Source: a virus | Virus record (IMG/VR): IMGVR_UViG_3300020463_003399 | Location: 1 to 64,000 of that record | Length of the DNA stretch: 64,000 bases | Strand: one strand, 5' to 3' | In this document: positions 39,058 to 48,874 of the stretch, one piece after another | How the letters are laid out: each line of letters starts with the position of its first letter | Position numbering within the stretch: the stretch's first letter is position 1 | The notes under the pieces: generated by a model | Database searches by the model: none | The model's input: the letters and a program-made list of their open reading frames with translations, nothing else | Told to the model about the DNA's origin: nothing | Translations under genes and position numbers: made by a program

Positions 39058-40149
39058 ATGCCAAGAGCATTTGATGTAAGTAAATTTAGAAAGAGCATAA
39101 CAAAATCGGTACCCGGTGTTAGTGCAGGATTTCGTGATCCAGATACATGGGTATCAACAGGCAATTATTGTCTAAACAGATTAATTAGTGGAGACTTTCA
39201 TAAAGGTGTTCCATTAGGAAAAGTAACAGTACTAGCAGGCGAAAGTGGTGCAGGTAAATCATTTATTGCCGCAGGTAATGTTGTTAGAAATGCACAACAA
39301 AAAGGTATATACGTAATTCTTATCGATAGTGAGAATGCGTTAGATGAAAAATGGCTACATGCGTTAGATGTAGATACAAGTGAAGATAAGTTATTGAAAT
39401 TAAATGTAGCAATGATTGATGAAGTTGCTAAGATTATTAGTGATTTCATGAAAGGTTACAAAGACGATTACGCAGATGCAGATGATGAAGATAGACCAAA
39501 AGTACTCTTTGTACTTGATTCGCTTGGAATGATGTTAACACCAACAGATGTTGACCAATTCAATAAAGGTGATATGAAAGGTGATATGGGTCGTAAACCT
39601 AAGGCACTGGCGGCACTTGTAAGAAATTGTGTTAATATGTTTGGTGATTATAATGTAGGTATGGTTGCAACAAATCATACATATGCATCACAAGATATGT
39701 TTGACCCTGATGATAAAATTTCAGGTGGTCAAGGATTTATCTATGCGAGTTCGATTGTTGTTGCAATGAAAAAACTAAAATTAAAAGAAGACGAGGCAGG
39801 TAATAAAATTTCAGAAGTACGTGGTATTAGAGCCGCTTGTAAAGTTATGAAAACTCGTTATTCAAAACCTTTTGAAGGTGTGCAAGTAAAAATTCCATAC
39901 GAAACAGGAATGGATCCGTATAGCGGTCTAGTTGATTTCTTTGAATCAAAAGGTGTTCTTGTAAAGTCTGGTAATAAACTTGCTTATACAACTTCATCAG
40001 GTGAGATAATGTCAGAGTTCAGAAAAAACTGGACAGGTGATAAACTTGATGTTATCATGAAAGAATGGGGAACAAAAGATTTCTACGATGAATCAGAAGA
40101 ACTAGAGACTCTAGTAGAAGAAAAATTAGAAGTAAAAGAGGAAGCATAA
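39058..40149 (+). CDS. uvsX: RecA-like recombinase UvsX
   Basis: AGESGAGKS, DSENA, LDSLG, NHTY, SGGQGFIYASS. Confidence 0.92.
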   Translation: MPRAFDVSKFRKSITKSVPGVSAGFRDPDTWVSTGNYCLNRLISGDFHKGVPLGKVTVLAGESGAGKSFIAAGNVVRNAQQKGIYVILIDSENALDEKWLHALDVDTSEDKLLKLNVAMIDEVAKIISDFMKGYKDDYADADDEDRPKVLFVLDSLGMMLTPTDVDQFNKGDMKGDMGRKPKALAALVRNCVNMFGDYNVGMVATNHTYASQDMFDPDDKISGGQGFIYASSIVVAMKKLKLKEDEAGNKISEVRGIRAACKVMKTRYSKPFEGVQVKIPYETGMDPYSGLVDFFESKGVLVKSGNKLAYTTSSGEIMSEFRKNWTGDKLDVIMKEWGTKDFYDESEELETLVEEKLEVKEEA

Positions 40150-40595
40150 TGAGTAAATATTTTTCGACTAAGTGTTATGGGCATAACATCGGACTAAGTG
40201 CGGTGTTTAGACAGCCATTAGCACACTCACATTGTAAACTATTACATGGATATAGTTTATCATTTAAATTCACATTTGGTTGTGATGAACTTGATGAACG
40301 TAATTGGGTAGTAGATTTTGGTGGACTTAAGCCTCTTAAAGCATGGCTTGAAGATACTTTTGACCACAAGGTTGTAATTGATGTAAATGATCCTAAAAAA
40401 AATGATTTACTATTACTAGAGACTCAAGGTCTTGCAAGTATTGTACAACTTGATGGTGTGGGGGTCGAAAAGTTTTCTGAACATGCTTGGCGAAAGGCAG
40501 ACGAGTTAGTAAGGAAAATGACAGATAATCGATGTAGATGTATTCGGGTTGAATGTGCAGAACATGGCGCAAACTCGGCAATTTATGAGGTGTAA
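40149..40595 (+). CDS. queD: 6-carboxytetrahydropterin synthase
   Basis: HCKLLHGY, VVDFGGLK, FDHK, EHGANSA. Confidence 0.85.
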   Translation: MSKYFSTKCYGHNIGLSAVFRQPLAHSHCKLLHGYSLSFKFTFGCDELDERNWVVDFGGLKPLKAWLEDTFDHKVVIDVNDPKKNDLLLLETQGLASIVQLDGVGVEKFSEHAWRKADELVRKMTDNRCRCIRVECAEHGANSAIYEV

Positions 40596-40820
40596 ATGTC
40601 TTCTATTGATATTGAAACAGTATTTGAATTATGGGAAAGAATAAAACCATGTGTACCAGCAAAAGACAAATTAGAAGTTGCAGAAATTTTTATTAAGGTA
40701 ACAGACGAGGCTGGTGTACCAAAAGAAGATATAGAAGATTTAGTATCGCAAGATAAAATATTAGAAGAGGCATTTGACCGATACTATGAAGATGATTATG
40801 AAGAAGAAGAGGAATGGTAG
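40596..40820 (+). CDS. hypothetical protein with acidic tail
   Basis: 74-aa ORF within the operon. Confidence 0.6.
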   Translation: MSSIDIETVFELWERIKPCVPAKDKLEVAEIFIKVTDEAGVPKEDIEDLVSQDKILEEAFDRYYEDDYEEEEEW

Positions 40821-40823
40821 TTT

Positions 40824-41291
40824 ATGAATTGGTATAGCGAAGTTGTAAAAAATTGGGGTAAGATTCCTGATATGGTTGATTTCTATGCTAATGAGTTATT
40901 AGAGGCTAGAAAAGAAGTCAAAATATATGGCAATGTGGAAAAGAACTCCACACAACTTCCTGCATATGTTGAACTACGATTTTCTCAATTACAAGAACTA
41001 GAGGCAGTACTAGAGCATCTTAATATTCAGTTACGAAAGAAAAGAAGTGAATACTTGAGAAAGTATCTAGAGAACTATAATAAGGCTCTCAGTTCACGTG
41101 ATGCAGAGAAGTATGCAGATGGTGAGCAAGAAGTCGTAGCGATAAGTGAATTGATTAATCAAGTTGCTTATACAAGAAACCAATTCTTAGGTATAACTAA
41201 GGGATTTGAGATTAAACATTTTCAGTTAACCAACATAATTAAACTACGGGTTGCAGGAATGGAAGATGCTGAAATAAACAATAGACATTAA
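40824..41291 (+). CDS. uvsY: recombination mediator UvsY-like
   Basis: KYLENYNKALSSRDAEKY, FQLTNIIKLRVAG; near uvsX. Confidence 0.75.
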   Translation: MNWYSEVVKNWGKIPDMVDFYANELLEARKEVKIYGNVEKNSTQLPAYVELRFSQLQELEAVLEHLNIQLRKKRSEYLRKYLENYNKALSSRDAEKYADGEQEVVAISELINQVAYTRNQFLGITKGFEIKHFQLTNIIKLRVAGMEDAEINNRH

Positions 41292-41348
41292 GAATCTTGT
41301 ATCTTGGTTAAATACAAGACCATGATAGAAAGAGGATAGGGAGATAGA

Positions 41349-43652
41349 ATGACACAAATTCAAGTAGAAAAAAGGGACGGTAAAAGAGAACCGTTAGACT
41401 TGGAAAAAATGCACAAAGTGGTTATGTTTGCATGTGAAGACATTACTGGTGTTAGTGCAAGTGAAGTAGAATTAAAGTCTCATATACAATTTTATGATGG
41501 TATTAAAAGCGAAGAAGTACAAGAGACACTAATCAAAGCGGCATCCGATTTGATTTCAGAAGAAACACCCAACTATCAATGGGTCGCAGGAAATCTAGTT
41601 AATTATCATATTAGAAAAATGGTATATGGTGATTTTGAGCCTTGGCATATTCTAAAGGTTGTAGAAGCAAACGTCAAGGAAGGCTTTTATGATTCAGCAT
41701 TACTAGAAGATTATTCTAAAGAAGAATGGGAAAAGATTAACGGATTTATTAAACATGAAAGAGATTTTGAAATTGCTTACGTAGGTATGGAGCAGTTTCG
41801 TGGTAAATATCTAGTACAAAATAGAGTTACTGGAAGATTATATGAAACTCCCCAAGTAACATATATTCTTATTGCGGCTACATTGTTTTGTTCTTATCCA
41901 AGAGAAATCAGATTGAAATATGTTAAAGATTACTATGATGCGATTAGTACCTTTGATATTTCTTTACCAACTCCTGTTATGGCAGGCGTCAGAACCCCTC
42001 AAAGACAATTTTCGTCTTGTGTTTTAATTGAGACAGATGACTCACTTGATTCTATAAATGCTACCGCAAGTTCAGTTGTTAAATATGTTTCACAAAAAGC
42101 AGGTATCGGTATTGGTGCAGGTAGTATTCGTGCTATCAATTCGCCAATTCGAAATGGTGATGCCAGTCATACAGGAGTTATTCCTTTTTATAAACTATTT
42201 CAAGCAAGTGTAAAATCTTGCTCACAAGGTGGAGTACGTGGTGGTGCCGCTACTTTATATTATCCAATTTGGCATTTGGAAGCAGAAGATTTACTTGTTC
42301 TAAAGAACAACAAAGGCACAGAAGATAATCGTGTACGTCATATGGATTATGGTGTACAGTTCAATAAACTTATGTACGAAAGATTGATTGCTGGTGAAGA
42401 CATTACATTGTTTTCTCCAAGTGATGTTCCAGGTCTTTACACTGCTTTTTTTGAAGACCAAGATAAGTTTAGAGAATTATATGAAAAAGCAGAACGTAAT
42501 AAAAAGTTAAGAAAGAAAGTTATACCTGCTATTGAATTGTTTTCAATCTTTATGAATGAAAGAAAGAATACAGGAAGAATTTATTTGATGAATGTAGACC
42601 ATGCAAATGACCATGGTTCATTCTTACCAGAAGTTGCACCAATTAGACAATCAAATCTTTGTTGTGAAATTAATCTACCAACAAAACCATTAACACATAT
42701 AGGTTGTGATGAAGGCGAGATTTCATTGTGTACATTGAGTGCTATTAATTGGGGTAATATCAAAGATCCAGGTGATTTTAAAAAGCCATGTGATTTAGCA
42801 GTACGAGGACTTGATGCATTATTAGATTATCAAAAGTATCCTGTACTTGCGGCTGAGTTATCTACTAATAACAGAAGACCTCTTGGTATTGGTATTATTA
42901 ATTTTGCCTATTGGTTAGCTAAAAATGATACAAACTATTCAGATCCAGATTTACAATTAGTAGATGAATGGGCTGAGGCTTGGTCTTATTATCTGATTAA
43001 AGCATCTAATGAACTAGCAAGAGAAAAAGGTGCATGTCCTAAGACAAAAGAAACAAGATATGGACAAGGCATCGTTCCTATGGATACACGTAAAGTTGAA
43101 GTAGATGAACTAGTAAAACACAAAGAAAGAAGAAAATGGAAAGAGTTACGCAAAAGTCTAGCAGACTATGGTATACGTAATTCAACTCTGATGGCTCTTA
43201 TGCCTGCTGAAACATCAGCACAGATTTCAAATTCAACCAACGGTATAGAACCGCCAAGAAGCTATGTCAGTGTGAAGCAGTCAAAACACGGCGTTTTAAA
43301 GCAAGTTGTACCAGGGATTCACAAGTTAAAGAATAAATACGAGTTACTATGGGATCAAAAGTCTCCTGAAGGATACTTAAAGATTATGGCTGTTTTACAG
43401 AAATACATAGACCAAGGTATTAGTGTAAATACAAGTTATAACCCAATCTTTTATGAAGACGAAAAGATTCCAATGAGTGTAATGTTACAACACCTTGTTA
43501 TGTTTTACAAATACGGTGGTAAACAGTTATACTATTTTAATACTTTCGACGGACAAGGTGAAATTGATGTCAGTAAAGAAGGTATGAAAACAAGAGAAGA
43601 ATTCGATACACAGGAGCAATATGATGATTATTGTGAAAGTTGTACGATTTAA
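41349..43652 (+). CDS. nrdA: class Ia ribonucleotide reductase alpha subunit
   Basis: ATP cone VEKRDG, QFSSC, QSNLCCEI, CTL, C-terminal CESC. Confidence 0.97.
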   Translation: MTQIQVEKRDGKREPLDLEKMHKVVMFACEDITGVSASEVELKSHIQFYDGIKSEEVQETLIKAASDLISEETPNYQWVAGNLVNYHIRKMVYGDFEPWHILKVVEANVKEGFYDSALLEDYSKEEWEKINGFIKHERDFEIAYVGMEQFRGKYLVQNRVTGRLYETPQVTYILIAATLFCSYPREIRLKYVKDYYDAISTFDISLPTPVMAGVRTPQRQFSSCVLIETDDSLDSINATASSVVKYVSQKAGIGIGAGSIRAINSPIRNGDASHTGVIPFYKLFQASVKSCSQGGVRGGAATLYYPIWHLEAEDLLVLKNNKGTEDNRVRHMDYGVQFNKLMYERLIAGEDITLFSPSDVPGLYTAFFEDQDKFRELYEKAERNKKLRKKVIPAIELFSIFMNERKNTGRIYLMNVDHANDHGSFLPEVAPIRQSNLCCEINLPTKPLTHIGCDEGEISLCTLSAINWGNIKDPGDFKKPCDLAVRGLDALLDYQKYPVLAAELSTNNRRPLGIGIINFAYWLAKNDTNYSDPDLQLVDEWAEAWSYYLIKASNELAREKGACPKTKETRYGQGIVPMDTRKVEVDELVKHKERRKWKELRKSLADYGIRNSTLMALMPAETSAQISNSTNGIEPPRSYVSVKQSKHGVLKQVVPGIHKLKNKYELLWDQKSPEGYLKIMAVLQKYIDQGISVNTSYNPIFYEDEKIPMSVMLQHLVMFYKYGGKQLYYFNTFDGQGEIDVSKEGMKTREEFDTQEQYDDYCESCTI

Positions 43653-44251
43653 TGAACGAAGAATGGAGAAAAGAAAGTAGACTTTGTTATAGACCTGTCT
43701 GGCACAATAGCAATCATCCATGGGCAAAACGTCCAGATTTAAGTCATAGATTAGGATGGTTTAAGACTTGTGAACATACAAATGAAGAAGAACATTTAGG
43801 AGACACGTTTTATAATAACTTAGATAAAGTTTTTAATTTTGTAGATTTAAAAGTATCTAATAAAGTAAAATTTGAAAACTATGAAAAGTTTTTAAAAACA
43901 TGGGTCAAAAGAGCAAATATAAGAGTATGCATGTTGCATATTTCAAATAATAACTTAGACGAAGATTTACTTGATTGTACATACTGGAAAGAGATTGTAG
44001 AATACTTAACCAAAAATGTACGAAATAAATGGATGCTAGAAATAGCAAACAAAAGAACAGAATTAAGCTACAAGCCAGTGGATCCTGGTTTGTTGAAAAT
44101 GTATAGAGATTGTGGAAACCTGATTTTCATGTCAGTTAGACAAGAAGTATATGATTTAAAAAGAGCGGTTGATAAGACTCCTTTCCAAATAACGGAATCA
44201 ATAATCAACTTTAAAGATAGAGTACCCAAGGAGTTTTGGGGTAATTTTTGA
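43652..44251 (+). CDS. hypothetical protein between nrdA and nrdB (start revised from 43640)
   Basis: TAATG overlap with the nrdA stop; about 199 aa. Confidence 0.55.
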   Translation: MNEEWRKESRLCYRPVWHNSNHPWAKRPDLSHRLGWFKTCEHTNEEEHLGDTFYNNLDKVFNFVDLKVSNKVKFENYEKFLKTWVKRANIRVCMLHISNNNLDEDLLDCTYWKEIVEYLTKNVRNKWMLEIANKRTELSYKPVDPGLLKMYRDCGNLIFMSVRQEVYDLKRAVDKTPFQITESIINFKDRVPKEFWGNF

Positions 44252-44279
44252 GAAAGAAGTAAAATAGGAAATAAAAAAA

Positions 44280-45410
44280 ATGTCAGTATTCAATTCAGAA
44301 AATAAAGCGGATCACACAAAGGCGTTAGCATTTTTGGATCCATCAGGTGGCGTAACTATTCAAAGATATGATATGCTAAAATATAAACAGTTCGATAAGC
44401 TAACTGATAAGCAGTTAGGTTTCTTTTGGAGACCAGAAGAAGTAGATGTTTTAAAAGATGCAAACGATTTTAAAAATCTAACAGAACATGAAAAACATAT
44501 CTTTACTTCAAATCTAAAAAGACAAATTCTTTTAGATTCAGTACAAGGTAGAGCACCTGTTGAGGCATTTTCACCTATTGTTTCTATTCCAGAATTAGAG
44601 GCATGGATTCAAACTTGGACATTTAGTGAAACAATTCATTCACGTTCATACACACATATTATTCGAAATGTATATGCTGACCCATCAAAAATCTTTGACG
44701 AAATGATGGACATTAACGAAATTATGGATTGTGCGGATGATATTTCTAAAAACTACGATGAATTGATTGAAATGACTAGTTACTTCAATTTATTAGGTGA
44801 AGGTACTCATACTGTAAATGGTAAAAAGGTAAAAATATCAAAATACGAAATTAAAAAATCTCTTTATAAAACTCTTATGAGTGTTAATATTCTTGAAGGT
44901 GTTCGTTTTTATGTTTCATTTGCTTGTAGTTGGGCGTTTGCTGAACTTAAGAAAATGGAAGGTAATGCAAAGATTATTAAACTTATTGCACGTGACGAAA
45001 ACTTACACTTAGCAAGTACTCAAACACTCTTAAAACTACTTCCAAAAGATGATCCAGATTACATCAAAATTGCAAAAGAAACAGAAGAAGAATGTATTAA
45101 AATGTTTGTAGATGCAGTAGAACAAGAAAAAGCATGGGCTGAATATCTATTTAAAGATGGCTCAATGATTGGTCTAAATACGGCACTTTTAAATGAATAT
45201 ATTGAATGGATTTGTTGTAAACGTATGACGGCAATTGGTCTAAAATGTCCATATAAAGTCACACAAGCTAACCCATTACCTTGGACACAAAAGTGGATTG
45301 CAGGTGCAGAAGTACAAGTTGCTCCTCAAGAGACAGAAATTTCAAGTTATGTTATTGGTGGTGTAAAACAAGATGTTGATAAAAAGACATTTGGCGGTCT
45401 TTCTCTCTAA
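44280..45410 (+). CDS. nrdB: class Ia ribonucleotide reductase beta subunit
   Basis: FFWRPEE, ETIHSRSY, EGVRFYVSF, RDENLH, VAPQETEISSY. Confidence 0.97.
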   Translation: MSVFNSENKADHTKALAFLDPSGGVTIQRYDMLKYKQFDKLTDKQLGFFWRPEEVDVLKDANDFKNLTEHEKHIFTSNLKRQILLDSVQGRAPVEAFSPIVSIPELEAWIQTWTFSETIHSRSYTHIIRNVYADPSKIFDEMMDINEIMDCADDISKNYDELIEMTSYFNLLGEGTHTVNGKKVKISKYEIKKSLYKTLMSVNILEGVRFYVSFACSWAFAELKKMEGNAKIIKLIARDENLHLASTQTLLKLLPKDDPDYIKIAKETEEECIKMFVDAVEQEKAWAEYLFKDGSMIGLNTALLNEYIEWICCKRMTAIGLKCPYKVTQANPLPWTQKWIAGAEVQVAPQETEISSYVIGGVKQDVDKKTFGGLSL

Positions 45411-45526
45411 CGAGTCATCTTAATACACAACATTACAAATAAGATTAAACTTATTATTACAAGTATTCCCATAGCCATTCCTATGACTAGGGAAAACTGG
45501 TCTAAGTGGTTAACAAGATTCGCCAT
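45407..45526 (-). CDS. 39-aa single-pass membrane protein, not in ORF track
   Basis: Minus-strand TATAAATA (45555-45548), GGAG RBS, MANLVNHLDQFSLVIGMAMGILVIISLILFVMLCIKMTR*. Confidence 0.6.
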   Translation of the reverse strand: MANLVNHLDQFSLVIGMAMGILVIISLILFVMLCIKMTR

Positions 45527-45697
45527 ATCCAAGATTCTCCATATCCCTATTTATAAAAGCTAGGGATTCCAACGAAAATTAAAACTTGACAGATCCTTTG
45601 ATTTATGATATTCTATACCATAAGAAAAGGAGGTACTATGTTTAATTGGTTAAACTTGAGTACAAAAAAATCTTTTTCACAAGAAAAAGGAGAAACG

Positions 45698-45958
45698 ATG
45701 AATACATCAAAACTAACAAAACAAGATAAACTTGTTAATGCTCTTAAAGATGGAGAGGCTTTAACGGAATCAGCAATGAAACACAGATTTTCTATTGCTA
45801 ACCCTAGAGCGACAGTATCCGCATTGAGAATGAAAGGATACGCCGTATATGCTAACAAAAGCAAAAACGGTAAGACTATCTATAGATTAGGAGCTCCTTT
45901 AAGAAGAGTCGTAGCCGCAGGTTACAGGGCTCTTGCTGACGAAAAGGTGTTTGGGTAA
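45698..45958 (+). CDS. HTH-like DNA-binding protein (start revised from 45605)
   Basis: AGGAG RBS; LVNALKDGEALT..RFSIANPRATVSALR..GYAVYAN..YRLG; TTGACA promoter at 45586. Confidence 0.6.
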   Translation: MNTSKLTKQDKLVNALKDGEALTESAMKHRFSIANPRATVSALRMKGYAVYANKSKNGKTIYRLGAPLRRVVAAGYRALADEKVFG

Positions 45959-45972
45959 TAAACATTAACTAA

Positions 45973-46272
45973 ATGAGTCCCTGGCCCGGAGACGATATGC
46001 CGGATTGGCCTGATTGTCCAATATGCGGTATATCAATCGATGAATGCGAATGTCTCTGGGCCGGAGACAATTATATGACTAGAAAAATTAAAGTAAAAAT
46101 TACAGACGATAAAGAGTTCACAGAAGAAAAAGAAGGTTTAGGATTAAAGAAAATATTCAAATCTGTATCAGGTTCTGCACCTAAGGGAACAACACACTTA
46201 AGAGTAGAATATACTAATAGAAAAGGTACTCCAATTAATCGTTTAGTAAAAATTCCAAAAAATAAAGACTAA
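45973..46272 (+). CDS. hypothetical protein (alternative start 46075)
   Basis: Cys-rich N-terminus; GGAG before an internal ATG. Confidence 0.45.
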   Translation: MSPWPGDDMPDWPDCPICGISIDECECLWAGDNYMTRKIKVKITDDKEFTEEKEGLGLKKIFKSVSGSAPKGTTHLRVEYTNRKGTPINRLVKIPKNKD

Positions 46273-46276
46273 AAAA

Positions 46277-46319
46277 TAGGCGAAAAACTTGACAGAATCA
46301 AGAATCGTGCTATTATAAT
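46277..46319 (+). promoter_or_regulatory. phage early promoter, copy 1
   Basis: TAGGCGAAAAACTTGACAGAATCAAGAATCGTGCTATTAT; similar to 47659-47698. Confidence 0.7.
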
Positions 46320-46346
46320 TAAGTAATCAAGAGAGAGGTACTTAAT

Positions 46347-46766
46347 ATGGCTTATATTTCAACTAACGAAGTTAAAGAAGTTCGTAAATCACTTAAAGAA
46401 AAGTTCGGTAAAAATCTAAAATTTTCAGTAACACGTGACCATCATTCAAGTGTCAGTGTTTCTCTCATGGAAGGTGTCATTGATTTCTTTGACGGATCAA
46501 TGGACATGACCGACAAATATTCAGGGCGAGTTCAAAAGTTTGATGGACATGCTCAAATCAATCATTATCATACACATTTCTATGGTAAGCATGAACAGTT
46601 ATTTAATGACATTAAAGATATTTGTCATACTGCTCCTGCTAAAGCAGAAGGTGGACGAGCATATTATAATAACTCAGATGCAATGATTGATTATTTTGAT
46701 ACTGCATTTTACGTGCATATCAATGTTGGTAAATGGAACAAGCCTTACGTTCTTAAGGCGGCTTAA
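46347..46766 (+). CDS. early protein, LPD29-like
   Basis: EVRKSLKEKF..KFSVT..HSSVSVS and DAMIDYFD motifs; GAGAGAGG RBS. Confidence 0.5.
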   Translation: MAYISTNEVKEVRKSLKEKFGKNLKFSVTRDHHSSVSVSLMEGVIDFFDGSMDMTDKYSGRVQKFDGHAQINHYHTHFYGKHEQLFNDIKDICHTAPAKAEGGRAYYNNSDAMIDYFDTAFYVHINVGKWNKPYVLKAA

Positions 46767-46792
46767 TCTTAAATCAATAAGGGGATTCAAAA

Positions 46793-47053
46793 ATGAATCT
46801 AGCAGTAACTAATACCTTGGAAGGTGCCTTAAAACTCCGGCACCCTGTTTTCGTAACCTACCGTGAAGATAATAAAGAAATCGTTGATTGGTATGCATTT
46901 GGTGAAGGTCTTGCAAAAGGCTCTGCCGATATGCGTAATGCCAAAGAAGGACCTGACAGTTATAACTTTACTAGTTGGGAAAAATATGTTATCATACGGG
47001 ATAATTATAACAAACATATAATGCAATTAGAAGAAATTGAAAGACGTTTATAA
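46793..47053 (+). CDS. hypothetical protein
   Basis: 86-aa ORF with RBS. Confidence 0.55.
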   Translation: MNLAVTNTLEGALKLRHPVFVTYREDNKEIVDWYAFGEGLAKGSADMRNAKEGPDSYNFTSWEKYVIIRDNYNKHIMQLEEIERRL

Positions 47054-47661
47054 TGCCAACTTATAGAGGTGATACATACTCTAAACCCAGACCTGTTTGT
47101 CTGACAAAGGGGTGTACAAATTTAGCACATAATACTGCAAGTGCAGAAAATCCAAGATGGAGAAAATACTGCGGTACGTGTCATAATGTAAGAAGAAAGA
47201 ATTTTCAAAGATTATCAGCAAATATAAAAAAGAGTAGTTATCCAACTTGTTGTATAAAAAATTGTAGAAAGAAAGTAACTCTAATAGGAACAGACCATAA
47301 CGGTAATTTGAAGTTTTCTCAATATTGTCAAAAACATGGAGGTACTCCTTATCATCTACAATGGAGAAAAACTTATTGTGAGAATATAGATGGAAGACTT
47401 GGATTCGTATGCACAACAACTATTCCTTATGATCCGCCACTTCCTGAGAATATCAAATGGGTAGTAGATTATAGTTATCCACAACCCATGCTAGAAGTAG
47501 ACCATATAGACGGGAACCCATTTAATGAACCTGTAGATGGCTCTAATTTCCAGACTTTATGCTCATGTTGTCATAAGTATAAAACTTGGAAATCTGGTGA
47601 TGGATTGACCGCAGGTAGAAAAAACATTAAACCAGCAAGTGTAATCGAGAAATTAAATTAG
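47053..47661 (+). CDS. HNH endonuclease with Cys-rich repeats
   Basis: LEVDHIDGN...NFQTLCSCCHKYKT; two Cys/His-rich units. Confidence 0.75.
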   Translation: MPTYRGDTYSKPRPVCLTKGCTNLAHNTASAENPRWRKYCGTCHNVRRKNFQRLSANIKKSSYPTCCIKNCRKKVTLIGTDHNGNLKFSQYCQKHGGTPYHLQWRKTYCENIDGRLGFVCTTTIPYDPPLPENIKWVVDYSYPQPMLEVDHIDGNPFNEPVDGSNFQTLCSCCHKYKTWKSGDGLTAGRKNIKPASVIEKLN

Positions 47662-47698
47662 GTGAAAAACTTGACAGATTACAGAATCATGATATAGT
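47659..47698 (+). promoter_or_regulatory. phage early promoter, copy 2
   Basis: TAGGTGAAAAACTTGACAGATTACAGAATCATGATATAGT. Confidence 0.7.
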
Positions 47699-47707
47699 GT
47701 AAACATA

Positions 47708-48739
47708 ATGATTAAAACGAAAGGTGAGAATATGAGTGAGAATCAGTTCGTAGCACAAATCAACAAAGGTTTGTATAGAAATCAAAAAGTAAAAGGTGCG
47801 TTTCCAGTTATTTCAGAAATGAAACAAGCTAAGGACGGTAGTTGGTTTATTACTGTCAATGCACAGGAAAGCAAATTCAAAAAAGATAAAATTAGGGTTA
47901 AAGTAGATCCTGAAAATGTTACAGTTTCAGAAGGTACTGTCGAATCAGTAAATGAAACAGATGAACAGGCAATGAATAGGATTGCTGAAAGATTTAAAAT
48001 CTTAGATGAAATGACCGAGGCAACAATCGATGGTCTTGTTAGAGGCATGGTAGTTTCAGGCCCTCCAGGTGTTGGTAAAACATTTGGTGTTGAACAAGTT
48101 CTTGAAAAAGATTCGTTGTTTGATATGATGGCTGATAAGCCACTAAGGCATACATTCGTAAAAGGTACAATGTCTGCTATCGGTCTTTATTCAACTCTTT
48201 ACAAATACTCTGATCCAAAGAGTATTGTGGTACTAGACGATTGTGATAGTATCTTGTTTAATGAGGATGCTCTTAATATTCTTAAGGCGGCACTTGATAG
48301 TGGTAAGAAGAGGAAGATTTCTTGGAACTCTGACTCACACTTCTTGAGAAGGGAAGGTGTCCCTGATACTTTTGAGTTCAAAGGTTCAGTTATCTTCATT
48401 ACAAACTTAAAGTTTGACTATATGAGAGCAACTAAAATCAAGGATCACTTAGAGGCGATTCTTTCAAGGTGTCACTATCTTGATTTGACAATGGATACTG
48501 CTAGAGATAAGATTTTGAGAATCAAGCAGATTGCTAGAGACGGTGGTCTATTTGATACTAAAGGTCTTACTAAGGATCAAGAAGTTGAAATTATCAACTT
48601 TATGGTTGACAATCAAAAGAGACTTAGAGAAGTTTCTTTGAGAATGGCTCAGAAAATTGCAGACCTTAGAAACATGTCTAAGATGGGTGACAGATGGAAG
48701 TCACTTGCAGAGTCAACTTGTATGAAAAGAACTGCATAA
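47708..48739 (+). CDS. P-loop/AAA ATPase (probable start 47732)
   Basis: GPPGVGKT Walker A, VVLDDCD Walker B, FITN sensor, SRC arginine finger. Confidence 0.8.
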   Translation: MIKTKGENMSENQFVAQINKGLYRNQKVKGAFPVISEMKQAKDGSWFITVNAQESKFKKDKIRVKVDPENVTVSEGTVESVNETDEQAMNRIAERFKILDEMTEATIDGLVRGMVVSGPPGVGKTFGVEQVLEKDSLFDMMADKPLRHTFVKGTMSAIGLYSTLYKYSDPKSIVVLDDCDSILFNEDALNILKAALDSGKKRKISWNSDSHFLRREGVPDTFEFKGSVIFITNLKFDYMRATKIKDHLEAILSRCHYLDLTMDTARDKILRIKQIARDGGLFDTKGLTKDQEVEIINFMVDNQKRLREVSLRMAQKIADLRNMSKMGDRWKSLAESTCMKRTA

Positions 48740-48781
48740 TAAGGTTAATAAGGTTAGGTAGGCCAAACGGCCTACTTACAT

Positions 48782-48826
48782 AAGACGGATTGGGTTTCTC
48801 TCACTCACCTAATCCGTCTTTTTTTT
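48782..48826 (+). terminator. intrinsic terminator with CU-rich loop
   Basis: AAGACGGATTGGGT-TTCTCTCACTC-ACCTAATCCGTCTT followed by T tract. Confidence 0.85.
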
Positions 48827-48874
48827 ATTTGTAGTGTTGCAATCCCATTTAAATTATGTTATAATCTATATATT

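Noticed and set aside
34436-45410. Inteins or introns in terminase, UvsX, NrdA or NrdB
   Set aside because: All have normal length and continuous motifs
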